This document shows positions 1 through 10,447 of a DNA stretch of 64,000 nucleotides, piece by piece. The stretch is from a virus. Taxonomy: Duplodnaviria > Caudoviricetes. The stretch's first letter is position 1; each line of letters opens with the position of its first letter. The notes under the pieces are model-generated. The model was not told the origin of the DNA, did not search any database, and saw nothing but the letters and a program-made list of their open reading frames with translations. The stretch covers positions 16,618 to 80,617 of IMG/VR virus record IMGVR_UViG_2974668611_000001. The stretch is one strand, 5' to 3'. The translations under genes were made by a program, and so were the position numbers.

Positions 1-4
1 CAGT

Positions 5-244
5 TTGTTTATTAAGAACCAATATGAAGCAAACGAAGCAACCACCGAATATATTGCTGACCTTTTACGTTTATCAGAATCACAAATTGATAAACTAGAA
101 GACTTAGAATCAAGCAAGACCGATGAATTGTTTGCTCAAATCGTTCAAAAGATTATGCACATTGACCAGATTGTGGACGGTGACGAAGACGACGGTACGC
201 CCAGCGGAACCACAGACGTTTCAGGAGACGCTGGACGAGATTAA
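5..244 (+). CDS. Tail assembly chaperone (5' truncated by the window edge)
   Basis: Acidic ORF two positions upstream of the tape measure gene; positional inference. Confidence 0.6.
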   Translation: MFIKNQYEANEATTEYIADLLRLSESQIDKLEDLESSKTDELFAQIVQKIMHIDQIVDGDEDDGTPSGTTDVSGDAGRD

Positions 245-422
245 TCGTCTCGAAAAAACACTGATTTCTCAAAACCAAGACACATTTAATAATTTAGAGG
301 AAACTAACTATTTTGATTTATTAGAAACTCTATCTGTCGATGACGACGGTGGTGGTTCTGGTTCTGACGATAAAGTAGAGCCTTTAGGTTACTGGTTGGA
401 AAATAACATTGCTGATAAGTGA
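201..422 (+). CDS. Probable frameshift extension of the tail assembly chaperone (GT-like)
   Basis: Overlapping open +1 frame (ORF 123..422) with no RBS of its own; CCC-AGC at 200-205 is a candidate shift site. Confidence 0.5.
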   Translation, partial: PAEPQTFQETLDEINRLEKTLISQNQDTFNNLEETNYFDLLETLSVDDDGGGSGSDDKVEPLGYWLENNIADK

Positions 423-453
423 TGTTATTGTTTTTTTTCTTGTTTTGTTGGTT

Positions 454-481
454 AAGTTCGCTTTGGCGGGCTTGTTTTTTT
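454..481 (+). terminator. Intrinsic terminator-like hairpin
   Basis: AAGTTCGC-TTTG-GCGGGCTT followed by a T run. Confidence 0.55.
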
Positions 482-497
482 GCAAGGAGGGTTTTAA

Positions 498-3400
498 ATG
501 AAACAGGCCGCATATGGTAGTTTAACATATAATGTTAATATTAACGATACAAAAGCTCAATCGAGTTTGCGTACGTTAAAAGGAGCTATTCGCTCCACAG
601 GCCAAGAATGGCGTTCTAACGCTTCTGCAATGCAAGCCGCCGGTGATAGTGCAAGTGCTTTAGACGCTAAGATAACAGGTCTTAACAAAGAAATTGAGTT
701 ACAAACCGATTATAACAAGCGCTTAGCAGAAGCATTGAAGAATGCCAATGCTACGACTGACAAGGAAAAGCTTGCAGTTATGCGCTGGACGAATGAATTA
801 ACCAGAAGTAATGCGGCACTTAAACGTCGTCAAAGCGAACTGGATAGTGCACGAGCGGCCGAAATCAGATACTCAACTGGTATTGACAGAGCACAAAAGT
901 CTCACAGGGCTTATACCAATGCGATTGAAGCTAGTGAGAAAGCTCTATCAGCAGAAGGTAAAGAAGAACAAGCAAGCGCTAAACACAAGGAACTCTTAGC
1001 GGCTAAGACGTCTTCATTGAAAGATGAGCTTGGTCGGGAAGAGAAAGCGTTCAAAGCGTTAAAGGCTAGCGCTAGCTCTTCTAACGTTGACATCAACAAG
1101 CAATCTGCTGTCGTGTCAAAAGCTCGTGAGGCTTATGCTAAAGCTCGTGAAGAACAGCGTAAGTATTCTACTGGTCTCCATCAAATGGAACAGTATTCTA
1201 AGTCGACTGCTGAAATATCGCAATCACTTGCTTCAAGATTACGAGCAGAAGGCAAGAACTATACTGCAATGTCGGTAGAGTTAAAGACATTAATTGGTTC
1301 TCGTAAAGGGTTGTTGACTCAATACAAGACTGAAATGTCCGAATTAGAATTAATTAAGAAGCGCTCTGGTGATACAAGCGCGGCCTATTCAGCACAGGCT
1401 AAAAAGGTCAATGATTTAGGCGCAAGGATTGGAGAAACGGACTCAAAAATCCGTTCTTTAAATAAAAATGTTGGTTTATCTGGTTCAGCAATAAACTCAT
1501 TTAGTGATAAAATTGGTGGTATGCAAAAGAAATACGCTGGCGTTGCTAATGCAATGTCTGCCGTTTCTCGTGGTACTGGCTATGCAACATTAGGTCTTGC
1601 CGCCGTAACCAAGCAAGGTGTCTCAATGTCAACCTCGCTACAATCTTCTTTTACTAAGACTAAAAACTTAATTGTTAAGTCTAATACAGAAGGAACTGGT
1701 GAGATTAACCGTAACCTTGCAAAGATGAAAGAGAATGCTCAATCATATTCTAAAGAATATGGTTTAACACAGCAAAAGATTTCTGACGGTTATCAAGACT
1801 TAATCAAACGTGGTTACAGTTCGGCACAAGCATTAGGTTCAATGAAGACATTAGTTAAAGGTGCTATTGCCACTGGCGATGACTTCAACGATGTTACAGC
1901 CGTTTCTACACAGACTTTGGAATCATTCGGTCTGAGGGCTAACTCTACTGCTCAAATGGCCAAGAATACGTCTAAGGTTGTTAACGAGATGGCCTATGCC
2001 GCCGATATGACGGCTACCGATTTCCAAAGCTTGGGTAAAGGTATGGAATATGTCGGTAACACGGCCCATCAAGCAGGGTTTAGTATCTCTGAAACCGCTA
2101 GTGCCATGGGTATTTTATCGAACAACGGTTTGGAATCTGACAAAGCTGGTACTGGACTACGTAAGACGATTAACTCATTGGTATCTCCTACTGATAACGC
2201 TACTGGCGCTTTGAAGAAATTAGGGTTATCAACAAGTAGTTTTACAGATAAGAACGGTAAGATGAAGTCGATGTCGGATATTTTCGGCATTTTGAACTCT
2301 CATATGAAGAACTTATCTGGTCATGACCGTACTGACGTGTTCCATGCAATCTTTGGTACGACTGGTCAACAGGCTGGTGGTATTTTAACTGATAATTACA
2401 AGTCACTGAAGAATTTGAACGGTGAAGTCGAGCGTTCAGCAAAGACAGACTATATTGGTGGTTTGTCTGCAAAGAACATGGAAACTGCACAGAACCAGTT
2501 TAACAAGTTTAAGGTTACTTTTCAAGCTTTAGAGATTGAGTTCGCGAACGTATTACTTCCATATTTAACCAAAGGTGCTAAAGCACTAACGGGATTAATG
2601 GATAAGTTCGATAAGTTGAGTCCTTCTGCTAAAAAAGCCGCCGGAGCAACGCTTCTATTGGTTCCAGCAATTAGTGCTGTTACTGGTGTAATTGCCGCTT
2701 TCATTCGTAATTCCGGAACAATTGCAACTGTTGTTTCAAAATTATTCAGTAAATCTAAGATTGATACTGCTGGTGCAAGCAAGTCTGCTGTTGCCGCAAT
2801 TGACGAGCAAACCGCCGCTGTAAAGGCTCTCGCATTAGCATGGGCCGACGCTGGGGAAGCCGCTGGAGCAGAAGCGGCAGAAGCCGGCGCTGGTAGTGCT
2901 GGTGGTCTCAAAGGAAAAGCTGGTAAGACAGCTTCCGAAGTAGAATCTGTTGGTACTCGTGAAGAGTATCAAGCGGCTAAAAAGTCTCGTTCTAAGTCAT
3001 CTGTATTAAAACGTATGGCTAAAGGCCAGACAACTACTGAGGACGCCGAAGCTATTTCGTCAAGGATTGGTAAGGTCGGTACTACTGGTTCCAAGCTAGG
3101 TAAAATAGCTAGGGGTACTGGTGGACTTCTGAAACGTATTCCGTGGTTACAAACTGGTTTGGCCGCCATGAACCTTATTGGTATCAACAAGAAGAACGCG
3201 GGCCAAAAGGTCGGTTCTACTGCTGGTCAATTAGGTGGTACAATTGGCGGTGGTGCTATCGGTACTGGTATTGGTGGTCTAGTCGGTGGTGGACTTGGTA
3301 CTTTCTTTGGCCCGGCAGGAACAGTAGCCGGCGCTAAGATTGGTTCTACCGTTGGTGGACTTGCTGGTAGTTTCTTTGGTGGCTCTAAGGGCCAAGATTG

Positions 3401-6161
3401 GGGTGGACAGCTAGGTAAGAAGATTCAGAAGTCTATGAAGAACTTCAAAATGCCTAAGATGTCAACCATCACTAAGTCAATCGGTGATTGGTTTGGTGGT
3501 ATCGGTAAGTGGTTTAGTAAGTTAAAAATGCCAAAAATTAATTTCGGTAAGATGTTCAAAGGATTTAAAATGCCTAACATTGGTAAAATGTTTAAGAATT
3601 TTAAAATGCCTAAGATTAGCGGAATTGGTAAATGGTTTAGTGGACTATTCAAGGGACTTAAAGTTCCTAGTCTTGGCAGTCTTGGTAAGACAATCGGCTC
3701 AGCGTTTGGGAAGATGTTCTCTGGGCTTGGTAAAACAGGTATCGGAAAGTCCATCTCAAAGATGTTGGCCGGTATTGGTAAAACCATGTCTGGCTGGGCT
3801 AAAGGGATTGGCAAGTTCTTCGCGCCTGCTGTTAAAGCAATTCAAACCCCATTTGAAAAGATTGGTAAATGGTTTAAGACCAGCCCAGTTGGTAAGTCAA
3901 TTGTAACTATTGGTAAAGATATTGCCGGTGTAGTTAAAGGTATTGGTAAGTTCATCGCCGCATTAGGGGCGATTGCCGGAAAGCTGGCCGCGATTGGTTT
4001 AGTTAAATTATTCCAAGGTGTTGGCAAGGCTGTTAAAGGCATGGGCAAGTTCTTTACTGATGTTGGTAAGACAATCGGTAGATGGGCTAAAAATGTTCGT
4101 AAGACCATTGACAACATGGTTAAGCCAATCCAGAAAACGATGAACAAAATCGGTAGCGGTATCTCTAAGGCATGGAGCGACACCTTAAAGAATGTTACGA
4201 AGTTCGTTAAGAATATTTATAACACTGCTACTAGATGGATTGGCAAACTATTGTCTCCATTGGCTAAGGCTTGGCAATCTATTTCTAAGACTGCCGCTAG
4301 ATGGTGGAAGAGTATATCTAACACCGTTGGCAGTTGGGCACACAACCTTTACAAAGGGGTAACTAAGTGGGTCGGAAACTTACTAAGTCCCGTAGCTAAG
4401 GCTTGGCAGTCCATTTCAAAAACCGCAGGTCGTTGGTGGAAATCAATTTCCAATACAATTGGTAGTTGGGCTAAGAATATCTATAATAACGTTACTAAAT
4501 GGTTTAGGAACCTGTTATCTCCAGTTGCTAAGGCATGGAAGAACGTTTCTAATACTATCGGTGGCTGGATTAAAGGTATTTGGAAGAACATTTCTAAATT
4601 CGGTGACAACATGGCAAGCTTCTTCAAGAAGCTTCCAGGACGTATCTCTAGTGCTCTGAGAGGTGCATGGCACGGTATTTGGAACTCAATGGCCGGTATT
4701 GTTAACAATGGTGTCATTCACCCTGTTGTTAAAGGTTGGAATGCTGTTGCAGACGCTATTAATGGCGTTGAGAAGAAGATTGGTGTCGGTAAGAGTTTTA
4801 GACTTGGTGAAGCAAGTTATAGCTCAGCTAAATTAAGCACCTATGCTAAGGGTACTCCTGGCGGCCCAGCGTTGGTAAATGACGCTAAGTCTAAATACTG
4901 GCGCGAAGCTTATAAGCTTCCAGATGGCCGTATGGGTATGTTCCCCAACAAGCGTAACATTATCGTCAACCTTCCAAAAGGTACCGAAATCGCCAAAGGT
5001 GAAGACGCCAGAATGGTTCAACCTTACCTTGAACATACTGGTGGTAATATTCCAGCTTTCGCTTCGGCTACTGGTTGGTTAGATGGTATTGGTAGTGCTA
5101 TCGGTGGTGCTGTTCACGGTGTTGGTAGTTGGTTCTCTGGGGTTGAAACTAAAGCTTCTAAGCTTATTGATAATTTAGGAAAGATGATTAAATCACCTGC
5201 TAAATATTTATCTGCTATGATTGCTTCACCATTAAATGCCTTAGCAAAAGGCGGTGGCCTAGCCGCTAAAGCTGTTGGTATGACTGGTGATATTGTTGTC
5301 AACTCTCTTACCAGTTGGTTCAAAAAGATGTTAAAAGCAGGTCAGGATGAACAACTTGTCGGTAACGTCAAGCTTGGTGGTAGCGTTGCTTCACGTGCCC
5401 GTGCGTTAGCTAAAGCATTCAAGCAAGGTTATCCTGCTTCTAACAATGGTGGTATTGCTGGTATCTTAGGTAACTGGATTCAAGAATCTAATTTGAATCC
5501 TTCCGCTGTCAACTCTAGTGACCATGGTACTGGTTTAGGACAATGGACTTTCACCCGTGAAACTGGATTAAGAAATTGGTTAAGTAAGCACGGTTATGCA
5601 TGGAATTCTGCCGCTGGTCAAATTGGCTATGCCTTAAATGAACCCGGCGTGAACGGAATGTTAAAGGCTGTATTAAGAATGACAAACCCTACTGCCGCGG
5701 CTCAAAAGTTCTTCGCAACTTGGGAGTCTGGTGGTAACATGGACGCTTCTGGTGGTGCTCGTTTGAGCAATGCTTCTGCTGTATATCGCTACATTAAGGG
5801 TATGGAGAGTGGTGGCCTTGTTGATAAGGCTCAAATGATTAACATTGCGGAACATAACAAGCCAGAAATGGTTGTGTCTTTGACCAACAAAGATGCCGCA
5901 ATTCGTCAATTGAAGCAATCAATCAGCTACCTAGAAAGCGGTAATACTGCCACTAACGTGAATACTCAAAATACGTCGTCTGCTGATAGCCAAGCAATTG
6001 AACAAATTGCAACTGCTATCCAGCAAACTAACGCATTATTGCAAGCTATTCTGTCATCAAGCAATACTCCAAACGTTGCTTACGTTGCTTCACAAAGTGT
6101 TGTAGACGCTGTTGAGGCACAAAAGTTAGCTAAAGCAAGGTACAATAACTTGATTAACTAA
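498..6161 (+). CDS. Tape measure protein with C-terminal phage tail lysozyme domain
   Basis: 1887 aa; coiled-coil N-terminus; TP901-type core (KAGTGLRK); Trp-periodic repeats; C-terminal GIAGILGNWIQES...GLGQWT lysozyme-like motif; RBS AGGAGG. Confidence 0.95.
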   Translation: MKQAAYGSLTYNVNINDTKAQSSLRTLKGAIRSTGQEWRSNASAMQAAGDSASALDAKITGLNKEIELQTDYNKRLAEALKNANATTDKEKLAVMRWTNELTRSNAALKRRQSELDSARAAEIRYSTGIDRAQKSHRAYTNAIEASEKALSAEGKEEQASAKHKELLAAKTSSLKDELGREEKAFKALKASASSSNVDINKQSAVVSKAREAYAKAREEQRKYSTGLHQMEQYSKSTAEISQSLASRLRAEGKNYTAMSVELKTLIGSRKGLLTQYKTEMSELELIKKRSGDTSAAYSAQAKKVNDLGARIGETDSKIRSLNKNVGLSGSAINSFSDKIGGMQKKYAGVANAMSAVSRGTGYATLGLAAVTKQGVSMSTSLQSSFTKTKNLIVKSNTEGTGEINRNLAKMKENAQSYSKEYGLTQQKISDGYQDLIKRGYSSAQALGSMKTLVKGAIATGDDFNDVTAVSTQTLESFGLRANSTAQMAKNTSKVVNEMAYAADMTATDFQSLGKGMEYVGNTAHQAGFSISETASAMGILSNNGLESDKAGTGLRKTINSLVSPTDNATGALKKLGLSTSSFTDKNGKMKSMSDIFGILNSHMKNLSGHDRTDVFHAIFGTTGQQAGGILTDNYKSLKNLNGEVERSAKTDYIGGLSAKNMETAQNQFNKFKVTFQALEIEFANVLLPYLTKGAKALTGLMDKFDKLSPSAKKAAGATLLLVPAISAVTGVIAAFIRNSGTIATVVSKLFSKSKIDTAGASKSAVAAIDEQTAAVKALALAWADAGEAAGAEAAEAGAGSAGGLKGKAGKTASEVESVGTREEYQAAKKSRSKSSVLKRMAKGQTTTEDAEAISSRIGKVGTTGSKLGKIARGTGGLLKRIPWLQTGLAAMNLIGINKKNAGQKVGSTAGQLGGTIGGGAIGTGIGGLVGGGLGTFFGPAGTVAGAKIGSTVGGLAGSFFGGSKGQDWGGQLGKKIQKSMKNFKMPKMSTITKSIGDWFGGIGKWFSKLKMPKINFGKMFKGFKMPNIGKMFKNFKMPKISGIGKWFSGLFKGLKVPSLGSLGKTIGSAFGKMFSGLGKTGIGKSISKMLAGIGKTMSGWAKGIGKFFAPAVKAIQTPFEKIGKWFKTSPVGKSIVTIGKDIAGVVKGIGKFIAALGAIAGKLAAIGLVKLFQGVGKAVKGMGKFFTDVGKTIGRWAKNVRKTIDNMVKPIQKTMNKIGSGISKAWSDTLKNVTKFVKNIYNTATRWIGKLLSPLAKAWQSISKTAARWWKSISNTVGSWAHNLYKGVTKWVGNLLSPVAKAWQSISKTAGRWWKSISNTIGSWAKNIYNNVTKWFRNLLSPVAKAWKNVSNTIGGWIKGIWKNISKFGDNMASFFKKLPGRISSALRGAWHGIWNSMAGIVNNGVIHPVVKGWNAVADAINGVEKKIGVGKSFRLGEASYSSAKLSTYAKGTPGGPALVNDAKSKYWREAYKLPDGRMGMFPNKRNIIVNLPKGTEIAKGEDARMVQPYLEHTGGNIPAFASATGWLDGIGSAIGGAVHGVGSWFSGVETKASKLIDNLGKMIKSPAKYLSAMIASPLNALAKGGGLAAKAVGMTGDIVVNSLTSWFKKMLKAGQDEQLVGNVKLGGSVASRARALAKAFKQGYPASNNGGIAGILGNWIQESNLNPSAVNSSDHGTGLGQWTFTRETGLRNWLSKHGYAWNSAAGQIGYALNEPGVNGMLKAVLRMTNPTAAAQKFFATWESGGNMDASGGARLSNASAVYRYIKGMESGGLVDKAQMINIAEHNKPEMVVSLTNKDAAIRQLKQSISYLESGNTATNVNTQNTSSADSQAIEQIATAIQQTNALLQAILSSSNTPNVAYVASQSVVDAVEAQKLAKARYNNLIN

Positions 6162-6165
6162 CTAA

Positions 6166-6194
6166 TACGAGGGGTAATCCCCTCGTGTACATAA
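6166..6194 (+). promoter_or_regulatory. Hairpin + TACATAA element, copy 1
   Basis: ACGAGGGG-TAAT-CCCCTCGT, G, TACATAA, upstream of the Dit RBS. Confidence 0.6.
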
Positions 6195-6217
6195 TGATTG
6201 AATGGGAGGTAAAACCA

Positions 6218-7996
6218 TTGGCACTAAAAGAAGATGAATTTAGTCTAGGCGGTCTTAATAGCCGCACAGACTTACACGTTATTATGGGAATGGTGCTCCC
6301 ACCAATTGCACCAGCAATGTCAGAATTGTCAACCGATATTCCTGCTAAATATGGTGTTCACTTTGGCGGTATTGATTATACCACTAAGACAATCAATATT
6401 CCAATTACAATCATGGCACCGCATAATTCACAGTCATATATTGATTACGCACAAACTTTGGCTGGTTTGCTATTAACAGACGAACCAGATAATGACCAAG
6501 AAATTCCATTAGTATTTGGATTCCAACCTGATTTAACTTATTGGGGTCACATCACTTCAATCTCTGACCCACAAGTAACGCAAGAAGGGGCTTGGGATTC
6601 GACATCTACGATTACATTCGTTATGTCTGACCCTAGAGCAACTTTACCACAAGTTGAGGTTGGTTTAAAGCCTGGATTAAACGTTATCACCGTTGACGGA
6701 ACAGCACAAACAGAACCAGTCATTCAGATTATCCCTTCTAAAGCATTGAAATACGTCGGGTATACACTTAATGGCGGTAATTACGGTATTGGCCCAGAAG
6801 ACCCATTGGAGCAAGCACAGGCTGTTCAGGAGTGGGAGAAGGTATTAGACGACCCTGTTGAAACAATGGCAATGTGGACTAATGACGCAGGTGCTATTGG
6901 CGGTCTTATTCCGCCTAACGGTGGTGACTATACTGTATTCCAAGGTGAAGCGATGATTAACGATGCCACTTCTGCTATGACAGTTAAACGTGACCCCGGT
7001 GGTGCTAACCAGCAGTTCGGTACTCATCAAACTGGTTGGTATGGCCCGGCTTTAAGATATACTGGTTTGACACAGTCACTCACAGATTGGCGTTTAAGAG
7101 CCGGTATTCATCATGGACGATATGGTGGCACTCATAATGAGCGTGCGATGGGTGCAGTTCAATTCCAATGGACTGACACTGGCGGTAAGGCAATCGGTAA
7201 TTTCTGTATCGTAGACCCCGGGCAAAACGGTCGTCCGCGTTGTCGTTTACAAATTTGTCAGCCAGGTTCAGTTCTAGCTCCCGGTGATGGTAAACACCGT
7301 GACCTATTGACCACAACAGGGCCTAGTGGAGCTTTCACAAACAAGAAAGACACAGCAGTTAAAATCAAAACTGGAACCAAAACAGTTAAAAAGACAGTTA
7401 AGACTAAAGCCAAGAACGGCAAGGTAACTAAGAAGACTATCAATCAAAAGGTAGATACTTACGTCACCGTTTGGAACCGTCAAGAAACTGGGGCCCTAAC
7501 AGATGGTTGGATTAAGATGGATATGCAACATGTCGGCCAGACGTGGAGTTGGTCTGTTATTCAGTATAACACTGACAACGGACAGCCATATACTAACCCT
7601 AACAAGTATTTAATCACTCACTCGCAACAGCCAATTAACACTGGTGATAAGTACCAAACAGCACTGGGTGGTTTTGGTATCATGTTCTTAAAGCATTCTA
7701 TCACAGAAGACGATAAAAAGATTGATTATAAGGCGCCTTATATGTCATTAACTGGTATTGAACTGTGGAAGCATAATGATGTTCCAGATTCTTCAACACC
7801 AACATATATCGCCAGCTCTGGTTCTGAAATTGTCATGGACTCAGAAGCACAGCGGACAACTATCGGTGGTCGGATTTCATACCCAGTATGGTCTACCAGC
7901 TATCCAAAGTTAAAGCCGGGCTTAAACTCGCTTAACATGGTTGGCGACCTAGAAGGTGCAAAAATGGTATTAAAATATTTACCAAGAAAACTTTAA
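6218..7996 (+). CDS. Distal tail protein (evolved Dit with large insertion)
   Basis: Follows TMP; Dit-like N-terminus (FSLGGLNS, ITFVMSDP) and C-terminus (YPKLKPGLNSL); TTG start after GGGAGG. Confidence 0.85.
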   Translation: MALKEDEFSLGGLNSRTDLHVIMGMVLPPIAPAMSELSTDIPAKYGVHFGGIDYTTKTINIPITIMAPHNSQSYIDYAQTLAGLLLTDEPDNDQEIPLVFGFQPDLTYWGHITSISDPQVTQEGAWDSTSTITFVMSDPRATLPQVEVGLKPGLNVITVDGTAQTEPVIQIIPSKALKYVGYTLNGGNYGIGPEDPLEQAQAVQEWEKVLDDPVETMAMWTNDAGAIGGLIPPNGGDYTVFQGEAMINDATSAMTVKRDPGGANQQFGTHQTGWYGPALRYTGLTQSLTDWRLRAGIHHGRYGGTHNERAMGAVQFQWTDTGGKAIGNFCIVDPGQNGRPRCRLQICQPGSVLAPGDGKHRDLLTTTGPSGAFTNKKDTAVKIKTGTKTVKKTVKTKAKNGKVTKKTINQKVDTYVTVWNRQETGALTDGWIKMDMQHVGQTWSWSVIQYNTDNGQPYTNPNKYLITHSQQPINTGDKYQTALGGFGIMFLKHSITEDDKKIDYKAPYMSLTGIELWKHNDVPDSSTPTYIASSGSEIVMDSEAQRTTIGGRISYPVWSTSYPKLKPGLNSLNMVGDLEGAKMVLKYLPRKL

Positions 7997-8002
7997 TAAC
8001 AA

Positions 8003-8030
8003 CAAGGGATAAAATCCCTTGATACATAAA
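8003..8030 (+). promoter_or_regulatory. Hairpin + TACATAA element, copy 2
   Basis: CAAGGGAT-AAA-ATCCCTTG, A, TACATAAA, upstream of the Tal RBS. Confidence 0.6.
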
Positions 8031-8051
8031 TAATGATTAGGAGGTAATGGA

Positions 8052-10436
8052 ATGTCATTAGGTAATCAATACCTCATTTTGGATTCACATTTTAACAATG
8101 TTGGCCTATTGACTGTTGATGGAGCTACAAGATTTACTAACGACTCCATTACTATGCAGTTGGCAGACTCAGACCAGCAAAATACACAATACGACGATGA
8201 CGTTAGTGTCGGTAGCGAAGATAGCTACGAAGGTAAAACTAACCTTAACGCACAATCAAAAAAATACGACCATAGCGGTACTGTAACGGTGCCACAAGGA
8301 CAACCAGATAGCGATAAGGTAGTGTCTGGTAACTATTTAGCATATCACGATGACTACCTTAACCGTTGGTATATCATGTACATTTACTCAACTTCCGAAG
8401 AATCTACTTCAACAACTTCTGTAAATACCGTTGCATATGTATGTAATTTAGTTCTAAGGGACTTAGCATTTACGATTCCATTGCAATCAACAGTAAAACA
8501 GCAGAATGTCGAACAAGTTTTTAGCAAGGTTTTCCAAAACTCTGGCTGGCAAGTAGAATACAACACAGGAAGCGCAACCTTAGCAGATACGGATTCTTTT
8601 GATGGTAAAACAAAAGGAACTGTATTATTGCAGAACGCATTACAACTATTTGATGTTGAAATTGACGCTTATGTTAAAATCAATACACAAGGTAAGGTTG
8701 TAGACAAGATAGTAGAAGTGACAGATGAGTTATCTTCTGATATCGTTTACCAAGAAGCTATTTTTGGTGAGAATATCACGAACATTAAACGTGTCACAGT
8801 TGCGGCGCCTATTACAAAGTTGTACGCGTATGGTGCAAACGGCTCAACGATGGCTCCTCATAACAATGGTATGACTTATATTGTTGATGATGATGCCAAT
8901 CAGCTTTATAACTATGAAGGTTCATTACACGGTAAATACCTAGAAGGTGTTATCACCGCAAACCAGATTAGTGATAACACTGGTTTACAATCTTGGGCAA
9001 AACAGATGTTGAAGCTATTCAATCACCCTAGAACTTACTATGATGTTAACGTTGCTCCCGGATTCTTACCACCACTAGGTGCTACGATTCGTTTTAAAGA
9101 TGAACACATTACGCCAGCATTAGACGCCACTGGACGTGTTATTCAAAGAACAATTAGTTTCTCATCACCATATTCAAGCTCTATTGCCTTTGGTGAGTTC
9201 GTAACCGTTCCTGTAGCAACACCACAATGGTTAACAGATTATCAATCAGCATTAGCTGACGCCGTAGCCAAAGCCATTAATGACGCTACTGCTATTACTC
9301 CAGTACTATCACACCCAGATGGTCTTGACTTTGCACAAGGTGAATCGTCAAAACGTCTATTGTTAAGCGCATGGGTTGGTAAGCAAAATATCAGCACATA
9401 TATTGATAGCAAGGGGTTTGCATGGCGGCACGTTAATACTGACGGCTCAATTGACCCTAATTGGGAACAAACTGGTGACATCATTAACGTAACCCCATCT
9501 TTAATGGGCAACATTAGAGCTTATATTGATGGTGATTATATATCAGAAGACCCTGAGTTGTCAATCAATCAGAACAATTACGTTAAAATTGGTGAATTTG
9601 ACCCATACGATAGCGATGTTCATCGTATTGTACAACACATTGAACAATTAGACGACGGAACTTGGTACGTATCAGCCGCCACTTCTGGTGATGATTGTAA
9701 TTACATGCACCGCGATAAAGATTTTAAACTGATTGATAAAATGGTTCTAAAAGGTGGAGGGCACGGCACTTCATTCGGTGTTCTATATCAAGAAGGGCAA
9801 CCATGGATTATTTGTAATCAAAGAAATAGTGCTGGTAACTGGGATATTGTCAGGTTCAAATATCAAGGTGGCAAAACACTAGATATTAACGATACTGACC
9901 ACTTAATTACTCCCGGTGGTTATCCTCGTGTTAGTTTTGACAGGAAAAACAATATGATGGGGTACAGTAGCGGTGGTTACAAATTCTTTATATTAAATGT
10001 ATCAGACCTATTGGCTGGAGTCAAGACGGTTATGTATACGATTGATATGCTTGATTATGACTTTGTTGGTGATGATGATATTTTCCAAGGGCAGGCATTA
10101 GACTTCCCATACGTTTACTGGAGTGTTGGTAATCAATTTTTAGGTAAAACGTGTTCTTTCTATTGTGTAAACATTTTACACCGCGGTGAAGTTATGCACC
10201 CGTATTACGACGCCTTAATCGGTTTGGGGTTGACTGGAAAAATAATTGAACCAGAAAGTCTATCATTCGCAACAATTAACGGCAAACGAACCTTGGTTCA
10301 CTCATTCAACGTTACTCCGCCAGACGGGAACCCGCCTAAGAAACAAATGCAATATGCTACTGATATTATTTATCGGCCAGCAATGCCAGTTGTCAGCGGT
10401 GGTAGTGATGGTAGTGACGATACAGGTAACGAGTAG
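8052..10436 (+). CDS. Tail-associated protein (Tal/baseplate hub) with probable C-terminal beta-propeller receptor-binding domain
   Basis: Position after Dit; ITKLYAYGANG prophage-tail motif; GGGHGTSFG, FQGQALD and EPESL motifs typical of phi11 gp45/TagC-like propellers. Confidence 0.75.
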   Translation: MSLGNQYLILDSHFNNVGLLTVDGATRFTNDSITMQLADSDQQNTQYDDDVSVGSEDSYEGKTNLNAQSKKYDHSGTVTVPQGQPDSDKVVSGNYLAYHDDYLNRWYIMYIYSTSEESTSTTSVNTVAYVCNLVLRDLAFTIPLQSTVKQQNVEQVFSKVFQNSGWQVEYNTGSATLADTDSFDGKTKGTVLLQNALQLFDVEIDAYVKINTQGKVVDKIVEVTDELSSDIVYQEAIFGENITNIKRVTVAAPITKLYAYGANGSTMAPHNNGMTYIVDDDANQLYNYEGSLHGKYLEGVITANQISDNTGLQSWAKQMLKLFNHPRTYYDVNVAPGFLPPLGATIRFKDEHITPALDATGRVIQRTISFSSPYSSSIAFGEFVTVPVATPQWLTDYQSALADAVAKAINDATAITPVLSHPDGLDFAQGESSKRLLLSAWVGKQNISTYIDSKGFAWRHVNTDGSIDPNWEQTGDIINVTPSLMGNIRAYIDGDYISEDPELSINQNNYVKIGEFDPYDSDVHRIVQHIEQLDDGTWYVSAATSGDDCNYMHRDKDFKLIDKMVLKGGGHGTSFGVLYQEGQPWIICNQRNSAGNWDIVRFKYQGGKTLDINDTDHLITPGGYPRVSFDRKNNMMGYSSGGYKFFILNVSDLLAGVKTVMYTIDMLDYDFVGDDDIFQGQALDFPYVYWSVGNQFLGKTCSFYCVNILHRGEVMHPYYDALIGLGLTGKIIEPESLSFATINGKRTLVHSFNVTPPDGNPPKKQMQYATDIIYRPAMPVVSGGSDGSDDTGNE

Positions 10437-10447
10437 GAGGTTATCAA

